From: an uncultured delta proteobacterium
Lineage (GTDB): Bacteria; Desulfobacterota; Desulfobacteria; Desulfobacterales; QNYZ01
Direction: 5' to 3'
Length of the DNA stretch: 64,000 bases
Assembly (NCBI GenBank): GCA_963845145.1
Contig: CAWJQU010000004.1
Coordinates: 448,001 to 512,000 of the forward strand
The notes under the pieces are model-generated. The model was not told where the DNA came from. It saw only the letters and a list, made by a program, of their open reading frames with translations, and did not search any database. The first letter of the stretch is position 1. The number at the start of each line of letters is the position of its first letter. A program made the translations under genes and the position numbers. This document shows, in pieces, positions 1 through 8,289 of the stretch.

Positions 1-2233
1 TCGCGCCATTGTCATGAGTGCTTTTGATAAACCCGCCGATGCTTTTACCAAAACCAATGCTGTAATAAAATCGCAGGGTAATAAATGCAGTTTGTTTAAG
101 GTGCATGATTCGTTAAAAGGCTATGAAATTTTAGTAGCCTCTTCTAACAACAAAGCTGTTGAAAATATCAGCAAAGAATTACCCTTACGAGAAGCCATTG
201 ATGACAGTTTTGATCTAAACTATTTTAAACCCTTGTGTGACAGCCTGGTAGGTGAAGGTGAGCAGTCGTGGGGGATCATCGCTACAGTACTGGGCAACGC
301 TGCCAACAAGAATAAATACACATCCAAGGCATGGTGGGATTACGATACTAGTTTGCAGAGCTATTTTAAATATATTGCCGGCACGCTCAACTATGAGGAA
401 GATGAAGAAGGTAACGACATATTGCCAAGCATTGTGGAGCATGGGGAACCACCAGAAAATTTTCAAGAGGCTCTTGATAATTGGCGATCACTTAGAAGAC
501 AATTTGAAACCGCGTTAAATAAGGCTAAAAGCATACGAAAAACTGCGCAAGAAGCCTTGGAGAGTGAGAAATTCCTTGAGGTCTATCAGGCCAATAAGGA
601 CGATTTAGATCATAAAGCCGTATTGATTTCTAACCAATTAATCGAAAGTGAAGAATCCCTTGTTACTTTGCACCAATCGTATCAGACGCAACGTGAAAAG
701 CTGATTGTAGAAAAACAAGTTTTGAAAGAGCATGGGCAGAATAAATTAGGGTTTTGGAAGAAGCTTTTCTTAAGGTCACAATGGAAAGCTTGGCAACTTG
801 AGCGGGAGCGCCTTGCTCAAAAAAAAAGTGTTCATCAGGGGGAGGTGCGCGAGGCAGAAGAACTAATAGCAGATAAAAATGAGGAGCTGCAAAACTTAAA
901 TACAGAAGTTGAAAAGATCGCTAGCCAATTGCGTCTATTGGAAAGTCAAAAGAGGGACGCGCTGAAAAAAATTAACGATGGAGATAAATACTGCGGACAA
1001 AAATTGGTAAATGATGCTGTGCTTGATGTTAACCATACTAAAAAGCAATTATTTAGCCCGGTCTTTAATGAAAAAGCGCACGAATTTCGAGATGAGCTTT
1101 TTATTTTCGCCATAAAGTTGCATAAGGCCTTTATTGATGCGGCATACCGACCTATTTCTCAAAATTTAGTTGGTTTCATGCGAGTTTTGGGGAATAAAAA
1201 GCTACCTAACAGGGAGCTATTGCCTGATATATGGTCAACAGGGTTTATCATTAGCCCCGTGTTTTCAACCGCTTTTGCTTCAATTAACAGAATGCTGAAC
1301 ATCATGCCCAGCCAAAGTATTGGGTGGCTTTTAATTGATGAGGCAGGACAGGCGACACCCCAGCAAGCAGTTGGCGCAATTATGCGTTCTAAGCGCGTTA
1401 TGGCCGTGGGAGACCCGCTTCAAATCGAACCAGTAGTAACCACACCCTTACCATTGCTGGAGGGTATCGCGTCTTATATGGGGGTCCACAGTTTTGATTG
1501 GGTGGCACCGGATGCTTCTGTGCAGGCCTTGGCTGATCGTGCGAACAGATATGGTGCAACTATTGATAGAGACTTGGGCACCCTTTGGATAGGCTCCCCG
1601 CTACTAGTCCATAGGCGATGTGAAGACCCAATGTTCACTATCTCAAATAAGCTTGCCTATAACGGCAAAATGGTCAAAGCAACAAATGCACAATCAGCTG
1701 AGATAACTGGAGTTTTTGGCGATACGACTAAATGGTTTGATGTAAACGGACATGGACACGATAAATGGTGTCCCGCTTCAGGCGACCTTGTAGCAGAGAA
1801 AATCCTTCAAGCGGCTAAACTTGTGGGTGAAGATTTAGATTTATTTGTGATTTCTCCGTTTAGAATCGTTGCCCAGAAAATGCAGGAAAAAATGCGAAGT
1901 GAAACTGGCAAACTCTCAAGTTGCGGGATCAAAAACCCGTCTGATTGGATTACCAGAAGTATAGGTACTGTACATACATTTCAAGGGAAAGAAGCCGAAA
2001 CCGTTATATTGTTGTTAGGTGCGCCTAATACTAACCAATCAGGGGCAAGGAATTGGGCAGCGAATAGTGTTAATTTATTGAACGTTGCAGTATCAAGGGC
2101 CAAAAGAAATTTCTATGTTGTAGGTAACGAATCCCTATGGGCTAAGGTTGGTAAAATGCCTCTAATGATAAAAGAAATACGCAAGCATGGACGTAAAGAC
2201 AACTTGACAGATATTATGGGCATAAGATTTTGA
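1..2233 (+). CDS. SF1 (DNA2/NAM7/Upf1-like, AAA_11/AAA_12) helicase, 5'-truncated by the window edge
   Basis: Frame is open back to the window start. Motifs VASSNNKAVEN, LIDEAGQA, VGDPLQIEP, HRRC, GTVHTFQGKE and NVAVSRAK, with a central coiled coil. Confidence 0.85.
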   Translation, partial: RAIVMSAFDKPADAFTKTNAVIKSQGNKCSLFKVHDSLKGYEILVASSNNKAVENISKELPLREAIDDSFDLNYFKPLCDSLVGEGEQSWGIIATVLGNAANKNKYTSKAWWDYDTSLQSYFKYIAGTLNYEEDEEGNDILPSIVEHGEPPENFQEALDNWRSLRRQFETALNKAKSIRKTAQEALESEKFLEVYQANKDDLDHKAVLISNQLIESEESLVTLHQSYQTQREKLIVEKQVLKEHGQNKLGFWKKLFLRSQWKAWQLERERLAQKKSVHQGEVREAEELIADKNEELQNLNTEVEKIASQLRLLESQKRDALKKINDGDKYCGQKLVNDAVLDVNHTKKQLFSPVFNEKAHEFRDELFIFAIKLHKAFIDAAYRPISQNLVGFMRVLGNKKLPNRELLPDIWSTGFIISPVFSTAFASINRMLNIMPSQSIGWLLIDEAGQATPQQAVGAIMRSKRVMAVGDPLQIEPVVTTPLPLLEGIASYMGVHSFDWVAPDASVQALADRANRYGATIDRDLGTLWIGSPLLVHRRCEDPMFTISNKLAYNGKMVKATNAQSAEITGVFGDTTKWFDVNGHGHDKWCPASGDLVAEKILQAAKLVGEDLDLFVISPFRIVAQKMQEKMRSETGKLSSCGIKNPSDWITRSIGTVHTFQGKEAETVILLLGAPNTNQSGARNWAANSVNLLNVAVSRAKRNFYVVGNESLWAKVGKMPLMIKEIRKHGRKDNLTDIMGIRF

Positions 2234-2373
2234 AAATCTTGGGAGGAAAGTCTTAGCTAGTGTCCATCCAATAATCGGTAGTTTTAAACAGTCCATATAC
2301 TACAGCGATGGTTTCAAAAGATTTGTTCTATGATGATCTGATGCAAATATTTTGATAGCATAGCCTTGTCGGG

Positions 2374-2435
2374 TTGAGATACGAAACCCAACGCAAATAC
2401 GGCGTCACACGTGCTTGTTGGGTTTCGTATCTCAA
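2374..2435. repeat. REP/REPIN-like inverted repeat doublet
   Basis: Perfect 19-bp IR: TTGAGATACGAAACCCAAC (2374-2392) / GTTGGGTTTCGTATCTCAA (2417-2435). CTAC follows the right arm, as in GTAG-type REPs. Confidence 0.65.
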
Positions 2436-2496
2436 TACAATCTACGCAGCTCAGCAGCGCCGGCTTGAAGGATAAAATGACAGTAGGGGAAAAGCG

Positions 2497-3023
2497 TTGA
2501 AATCAGATATAATAAAAACTGTGGTTACAACATTCTGTACATTCTTATTCTTACTTTTTGTACTTCCTTTTTACGTATTCTGGCCGAAAAAATTATAAAT
2601 TCGGAGACTCAAATTTACCCATTTGAAATCGGAGTATTTCGATTTATTGGGACAGTTCCGATCTTTATCGGTGTACTGACGTTCCTTTGGAGTGCCGGTA
2701 CCCTTACATTCTCAGGTAAAGGTACGCCCGCCCATTTCTATCCACCAGAAGAATTTGTGGCAACGGGCTTATATCAATATGTCAGAAATCCAATGTATGT
2801 GGGAGGAATTTGTATGTTGGTCGGAGTGGGTATACTATTTGAGTCGACAAATATATTTATATATGCCTTAGGTATGTTCGTATTTTTCAATCTGTTAATA
2901 ATTATAGAAGAACCCACATTGAAGCAATCTTTTGGTCAATCCTACGTGCAATATTGCAAATTTGTTCATAGGTGGATCCCACGTTTGAAACCTTTTTACG
3001 GTGACATATCAAAACCCTCCTAA
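2497..3023 (+). pseudogene. Isoprenylcysteine carboxylmethyltransferase/PEMT-family membrane methyltransferase, frameshifted at A6 (2587-2592)
   Basis: TTG at 2497 after AGGGGA gives a TM helix (MKSDIIKTVV...FWPKK) that stops at 2596. One extra A joins it to the frame carrying GKGTPA, TGLYQYVRNPMYVG, EE and RWIP motifs. Confidence 0.75.
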
Positions 3024-3178
3024 CCCAGCGCCTTAGTAAAACAATCAAGGTGAGCGAAAAGCGCCTTAAGTATGGAAGCGAACATAAGAACACCTGAACA
3101 TAATGATGCGACTTTTTTTGGGGGGTGATCCTTCCGGTTATGCCGTTGGCAGTATTCGGCTTGGCTTATTTCGGACAG

Positions 3179-3237
3179 TTTCACCAGACATCACGGGCCT
3201 CGCGGCTCGTGGTGCCGGGTGAGCCAATCGGTTCGGT
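3179..3237 (+). other. attC-like integron recombination site (degenerate)
   Basis: Hairpin TTCACC..CATCACGGGCC-tcgc-GGCTCGTGGTG..GGTGAG, then 7 nt, then GTTCGGT core. A complementary GCCGAAC lies just after vapC (3894-3900). Confidence 0.5.
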
Positions 3238-3251
3238 AGTGCAAATCACCA

Positions 3252-3291
3252 TTGACATTATATGCATAATGCGTTAGCTTTATGCATATAA
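3252..3291 (+). promoter_or_regulatory. sigma70 promoter with overlapping palindromic TA operator
   Basis: TTGACA (3252)-17 nt-TAGCTT (3275). Perfect 12-bp IR TTATATGCATAA (3258-3269) / TTATGCATATAA (3280-3291). GGAGG RBS before the ATG at 3305. Confidence 0.7.
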
Positions 3292-3304
3292 ATGGAGGCC
3301 AGCG

Positions 3305-3508
3305 ATGCGAACAACCCTTGATTTACCAGAGGAATTATTAAATGAAGCCATGAAGGCTACCCAAATACAAACCAAAACAAAGGTTATTATTACCGCCTTG
3401 GAAGAGTTGGTCAGGAAGTCAAAGATTTCGCAATTAAAAGAATTTAAAGGAAAAATTGATATCGCCATAGATTTAAATGAAATCAGAGGCCGGCAATGTC
3501 GGTATTAG
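3305..3508 (+). CDS. vapB: VapB-type antitoxin (DUF2191-like)
   Basis: 67 aa, MRTTLDLPEELL...TKTKVIITALEELVR; overlaps the downstream PIN gene. Confidence 0.85.
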   Translation: MRTTLDLPEELLNEAMKATQIQTKTKVIITALEELVRKSKISQLKEFKGKIDIAIDLNEIRGRQCRY

Positions 3509-3882
3509 TCGATACCTCAATATGGGTAGACTATTTCAGGAGCGGTGGCAATTCCGAAAAACTTGATTTCCTGATCGATGAAAATCTTATCGTGACCAAT
3601 GATTTGATTTTATCGGAGCTAATCCCTTTTCTAAAAATGCAAATGCAAAAGCAAAGAAAAATAATTGAGCTGTTATTAGATATCAATAAATACGAGCTCG
3701 TTATAAATTGGAATCAGATCTTTGAATATCAATATAAATGCCTTAGCAATGGATTGAATGGTATTAGTATACCGGATTTAATCATTGCCCAAAATGCAAA
3801 ACAAAATCATTGTGAGATTTTCTCTCTGGATAACCATTTTCGTTTAATGAAAGATATCCTCAATCTTCAAATACAACTTTAA
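3496..3882 (+). CDS. vapC: VapC PIN-domain toxin
   Basis: VLVDTSIWVDYFR N-terminus; DLIIA and SLDNHF acidic PIN motifs. Confidence 0.9.
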   Translation: MSVLVDTSIWVDYFRSGGNSEKLDFLIDENLIVTNDLILSELIPFLKMQMQKQRKIIELLLDINKYELVINWNQIFEYQYKCLSNGLNGISIPDLIIAQNAKQNHCEIFSLDNHFRLMKDILNLQIQL

Positions 3883-4256
3883 TTCACACCTTCGCCGAAC
3901 CTCTGTGTTCAAGGGGGCGCCGAGGATCATCCCGTCAGCATTTGGGTAATGAAACGTAACACACGAATTACCGAACCCACAACGCCATCATGGCGCCATG
4001 ACAGCGACTTGACGTGCTTATTAATACATCCTTTTCCCTTCGATCGATACCACCCAATAGATGATCCAAATAAAATTCACCCCTTAAAACGCTGAAAATC
4101 GTCTGGAAGACGATAGACAGGATGAGTGGTACATGTGATTCTTAAGAATTAAAATCAAATGATATCCGTGTTTCGTATTTGTAACCGTTGATTTTGCCAA
4201 CGGTTTTGTAGTCTGCACGACTTATTTTTACAATCAGGAAAAGGAGAATACATTTC

Positions 4257-5312
4257 ATGACAGAATTAACTCCCAAAGAGAGAGTAATGAGGACTTTCCG
4301 CAAAGAGCCGGTCGATACAATGCCGTTTTTCAGCGGTTACGGAATGGTGGTGATGCCGGCTATTAAAAAGCTGGGCTTTAAATTCCCCAAAATCCACTCC
4401 GACGCGAATATGATGGTTCAGGCGGCTATCGAATCAGCCCGCATGTTTGATTTCGATTCCGTTATCGTACCCTATGACATGACCGCTGAGTCCCAGGCGT
4501 TGGGTAATGAAATCAGTCTTTATGAGGGTTCCGAAGATATCCTCTATCCGACCATTCCCGACAAGCGCTGGAAAGGCCTGGAGGAAGTCGACATTCCAGA
4601 CAATATCGTGGAGCTGGGACGGATTCCCATGATTTTAGAGGCCATTCAACTCGCCAAAAAGGAAGCCCCCGAGCGGGCCATCGGTGCCTGGCAACTGGGG
4701 CCCTTCACCATGGCAGGGCAACTTCTAGAGCTTGACATCATGCTGAAAGGCATTTTCAAACAGAAAGAGCTGGTGGAAGCCGCCCTGGACAAAATCAGCG
4801 ATATGATTATTAAGATCGGTCAGGCCCAGCAGGCCGCCGGCGCGGACTATATTACACTGCGGGAAATGGGTACGGGCACGGATCTTATCAGCCCCCGAAC
4901 CTGGAAAACCATGATCATGCCGCGCGTAAAACGAATTCTGGACGCTTGGGAGTCCCCCAAGGTTTTGCATATTTGCGGTGCCACAGACATGATTATCGAG
5001 ATGATGAATGAGTGCGGGGCCGATGCACTCAGTGTTGATATCAAGAACACCCTGGCCGAATCGCGAAAGAAAATAGGCGATGATCAATTACTGTTTGGAA
5101 ACTTCGATGTTTTTAATCTGCCTTGCAAAGAAGAAACCACTGTTGAGGAGGCCGTTGAAGCCATAAAAGTGAATGTCGATGGCGGCGTCGATGCCATCTG
5201 GCCGGGTTGCGATCTCTGGCCGGACATCAAAGAGGAAAACATGCGTGCCATCGTGAAAACCGCCAGAGAGTATGGAAAGAAACCGAGCCCGGCGCTTGGG
5301 CGGCTTGGCTAA
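4257..5312 (+). CDS. MtaA/CmuA (MT2, UroD-fold) corrinoid-dependent methyltransferase
   Basis: LTPKERV N-terminus, GPFT, Zn-ligand motifs LHICG and PGCD; AGGAG RBS. Confidence 0.85.
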   Translation: MTELTPKERVMRTFRKEPVDTMPFFSGYGMVVMPAIKKLGFKFPKIHSDANMMVQAAIESARMFDFDSVIVPYDMTAESQALGNEISLYEGSEDILYPTIPDKRWKGLEEVDIPDNIVELGRIPMILEAIQLAKKEAPERAIGAWQLGPFTMAGQLLELDIMLKGIFKQKELVEAALDKISDMIIKIGQAQQAAGADYITLREMGTGTDLISPRTWKTMIMPRVKRILDAWESPKVLHICGATDMIIEMMNECGADALSVDIKNTLAESRKKIGDDQLLFGNFDVFNLPCKEETTVEEAVEAIKVNVDGGVDAIWPGCDLWPDIKEENMRAIVKTAREYGKKPSPALGRLG

Positions 5313-5354
5313 GCTTTAAATCGTTCATATTTTCAAACAAAGTGAATAAAAATT

Positions 5355-5395
5355 CAAGAGGGTGGGTGCACTGCTACAGTTGCACCTGCCTCTTG
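5355..5395 (+). terminator. Hairpin downstream of the methyltransferase, possible terminator
   Basis: CAAGAGG..GGTGCA/TGCACC..CCTCTTG stem; weak U tail. Confidence 0.4.
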
Positions 5396-5751
5396 TCATT
5401 TTTGGCCGCAAATTTTGGGCGGAATGATCATTGCGAGATCGCTTCCATCGATACCATCCAATTATTCGAATGGTTGTGAAATAATTTGCCCTAAAGCAAA
5501 TTATTACATGTAATTATTTGCTTGATAGTAAATTTCATTACCAGAATCCACCCCTTTACCGGCGGCAATTTCCGTTCTTTAAAAAAGGCCGCCGAACTCT
5601 CGAAACCACTGCCTCACCGCTAATCTCGATTTCAAGTCTCAACATGATATTAATATAATTTTCGCGAAATAGGTGACTATGTTACAATATATATCAGATT
5701 TATCATTGACTTTGTTACAAATTATTCCATACCTATTCAATCATTGGGGGC

Positions 5752-6060
5752 ATGCCGGAAGTCATTCAGAAATATTCAGACCAGAAAGACATCATCGCTC
5801 TCAATAGCGTATTTGACAGTTTAATCGTTTCTTATCTTGATGACGTTGAAAAATATGCACGAAATCGTTCAATGGCCAACGTTATCCGCCATGCCGTATC
5901 AAATGTGTTTTATGAAGCAGGTCGCAGGATAAAATTTCAGGGATTTGGCAATTCCAACTATAAATCAAGGGAAATGGGTGAGGCCTTGAAAGTATTGGAA
6001 AAAGCCATGTTGATTTATCTTATATATCCTTCATCTTTATTTAGTCGGATCTATTGCTGA
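5752..6060 (+). pseudogene. Internal fragment of an AAA+ ATPase (AAA_14/DUF4143-like)
   Basis: MPEVI...YLDDVEKYA...ALKVLEKAMLIYLIYP resembles the middle of this family; no P-loop and no C-terminus. Confidence 0.5.
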
Positions 6061-6218
6061 GTACATTGAATGGATGATATCCCAATAGAGAAATGCACAA
6101 CGAGAATTGGAAAATCCAACAATCCGAATTAACCTGCCAAGCCGCTTATTTGGGGCATTGCGGTGCGGCCCTGCGATGCTTTTTTGATTTTTTATCGTAA
6201 AATAACACTCTACATACC

Positions 6219-6863
6219 TTATCTAAATCCCAACCCCGTCATGACGCCATGACAGCGACACGCCGTACTGATTAAGACATCCTTTTCACTTCCATCGATA
6301 CCATCCAATAGTTTAAATAGCTGCGCCGGACGATACCCGCCGATTCCCGGTCCGAGCTGATGGCTGCGGATTACAAGGGATTCAAAATTGGGGATTGGTA
6401 TCTGGCCCAATAGCGTAAACATATTGGTGTGGCGCTTTTTTCGCGTGATGGTGCAGATCTCGGCCGGTTCGTCACATTTGTCCGGGCAGCGAAAATCGGC
6501 ATGGGTCACGTAAAGATTGCCGAGGTCGTCACGGGTCGGATTGGGGGCGTGGCGATCTACAGCTGGGGGAATATCGATCTGCTTCAACCCTTTGGCGTTT
6601 CGTTCGGCCAGACACCATTGGGCCGCCAAATGGACGGGCAGGGCGGGAATGATCCAATCGGGTTTCTCGGAAGCCGCCAGCCGTTGATGCACAAATAAGA
6701 CCCCGTCCATCTGCACCAGGGCCCGATTGGGGCCTTGAGCCTGGGACAGATTTTCTCCATCAGGATCTACCAAAACAAGATGGTGGCCGGCATGCGTTTT
6801 TGCCAGCCCTTCGACGGCCATCCGGCCGAAGCGACCGATTCCGATAATCCAGATTTCTTTCAT
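6219..6863 (-). CDS. Rossmann-fold (TrkA-N-like) protein with a Cys-rich C-terminal region, function unknown
   Basis: IIGIGRFG dinucleotide motif; CPDKCDEPAEIC, SHQLGPGIGGY, TACRCHGV. Confidence 0.6.
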   Translation of the reverse strand: MKEIWIIGIGRFGRMAVEGLAKTHAGHHLVLVDPDGENLSQAQGPNRALVQMDGVLFVHQRLAASEKPDWIIPALPVHLAAQWCLAERNAKGLKQIDIPPAVDRHAPNPTRDDLGNLYVTHADFRCPDKCDEPAEICTITRKKRHTNMFTLLGQIPIPNFESLVIRSHQLGPGIGGYRPAQLFKLLDGIDGSEKDVLISTACRCHGVMTGLGFR

Positions 6864-6926
6864 AAGTGTAAAAATTTAAATTTTGGGGAAAGTTCCGGAG
6901 GTATATACCATCGGCTTGTCCTGACC

Positions 6927-7616
6927 TCAATCTGTCTTCGGGCGGTTTATCAGGTTCTGTGCGCCCATGGCAATGGTTCGTTGCAAGGTCTGCTTCAAAC
7001 GGTCTAAAGAGCCATCTACTTTATCCAGCCGCCAGCCAAACTCGGTGGCGATGGACCGGGCTTTTTGTTTGATATTATCATTGTCATTTAAGTGCATATC
7101 GATAAAGAGGGCCCGGGAAAAATCCTTTAGCATTCGGTGCGCAATCTCAAGAGGGTCATGGCCCTTTTCGGCCATGCGGTTGACTTGAAGTTCCTTGAAG
7201 ATGAAATCCATCCCCAGCTCGGCCCACCCCGGCGTTAAAAACCAGGTGCCGGCGGTGCGTTTTAATTCCTCATCATACCTTGTTTGACCGAGAAGAACGC
7301 CAATGCAATCCTCGCCCTCGGGATAGACCACCGGCACGGCAAAGTCATCAGGCAGGCGGTCCATAGCCTGGCAGCGGCCGTAGCCCAGCATTACGGCATC
7401 CACTTTATGTTCAATCGCTTTTATGTGTTGGCTGAGGGTGTCAAGCAATATATCCGGTTGAATATGTAGTCCCCAATCCATCACTTCGAGGTGGGTGACT
7501 TCGGGGACGTCGCGCACTAATGTCCGGATTTCCTTTTCCAGCACCCGGCAGCAGATCACGCCGACGGAGACAGATGCCTCCTTATACCTATTCACCATTG
7601 ACCATTGCATTACCAA
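6927..7616 (-). CDS. DUF1638 family protein (start uncertain)
   Basis: ICCRVLEKE, GLHIQPD, LGYGRC, EDCIGVLLG and WFLTPGW motifs. Confidence 0.8.
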   Translation of the reverse strand: MVMQWSMVNRYKEASVSVGVICCRVLEKEIRTLVRDVPEVTHLEVMDWGLHIQPDILLDTLSQHIKAIEHKVDAVMLGYGRCQAMDRLPDDFAVPVVYPEGEDCIGVLLGQTRYDEELKRTAGTWFLTPGWAELGMDFIFKELQVNRMAEKGHDPLEIAHRMLKDFSRALFIDMHLNDNDNIKQKARSIATEFGWRLDKVDGSLDRLKQTLQRTIAMGAQNLINRPKTD

Positions 7617-7676
7617 TTAAAAGTAATAAATCAACGATACTTTGAGTATAATGAAGTTGTTTGGCCCGCCTAAATA

Positions 7677-7717
7677 TTTTGTTCATTTTCTTTTTCGAAA
7701 AAGAAAACGAACCAAAA
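7677..7717. repeat. Intergenic palindrome
   Basis: Perfect 22-bp TTTTCTTTTTCGAAAAAGAAAA (7686-7707), extended by GTTC/GAAC. Confidence 0.6.
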
Positions 7718-7746
7718 GAAATCGCCCCTGCTACGCGTGAGGAGGC

Positions 7747-8253
7747 TCAGTCAATGAGAACCATACTATACCACGCCGGCAGCATTTTTCCATCCGGATC
7801 CAGCGCTACTTCAAAACCCAAAGGCGCTACCGTTTTTCCGATATCGATACCATAAGCATCCATGGAGGGTCGTGCCAGGTGGGGATATTTGCACGGGTCC
7901 GGATAGGCGCATTCTTCGCACTGGACGCAAAGCACCATGGCAAAGGCAAAAGAGCACCCCATGGTGAGCATGGCCTCTTTTTCCACTTCAAGGGTGACTT
8001 TCTGGCCCACCTGGGGATCCGTCGTCTTGATGATGACGGCCGAGTGGTATTGGGCAAAGGCGTCCATGAATTGCTCTGGGGAGATATCGAGATTGGGGGG
8101 GCAGGTCCAGTACTTTCCCCAGCGATTGCAGCCAAATCGGCATTTCAGATAGGCGCGGGAATCAAAGACGATCTCATCGGCATTTAAAATCTTGGCTTCG
8201 GATGCGCCGAGGGCAACGGCTTTTTCCGCCAGATAATCGATTTTTTTTTCCAT
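7747..8253 (-). CDS. DUF2284 family Cys-rich metal-binding protein
   Basis: KCRFGC..WTCPP, CVQCEEC..C..P..ARPSMDAYGID. Confidence 0.85.
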   Translation of the reverse strand: MEKKIDYLAEKAVALGASEAKILNADEIVFDSRAYLKCRFGCNRWGKYWTCPPNLDISPEQFMDAFAQYHSAVIIKTTDPQVGQKVTLEVEKEAMLTMGCSFAFAMVLCVQCEECAYPDPCKYPHLARPSMDAYGIDIGKTVAPLGFEVALDPDGKMLPAWYSMVLID

Positions 8254-8289
8254 GGGTATTTATCCTTCTAAAGTTTTTTGAATTCTATT

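Noticed and set aside
4257..5312. Uroporphyrinogen decarboxylase (hemE) call for the UroD-fold genes
   Set aside because: They lack the RQAGR motif and carry HxC...C Zn ligands typical of MT2 methyltransferases.
6058..6060. Sec read-through at the TGA ending 5752..6060
   Set aside because: The ORF is an isolated fragment, with no Cys-aligned paralog and no recognisable continuation.
6113..6180. attC-like left half (ATCCAAC..TAACC)
   Set aside because: No matching right half or GTT core found.
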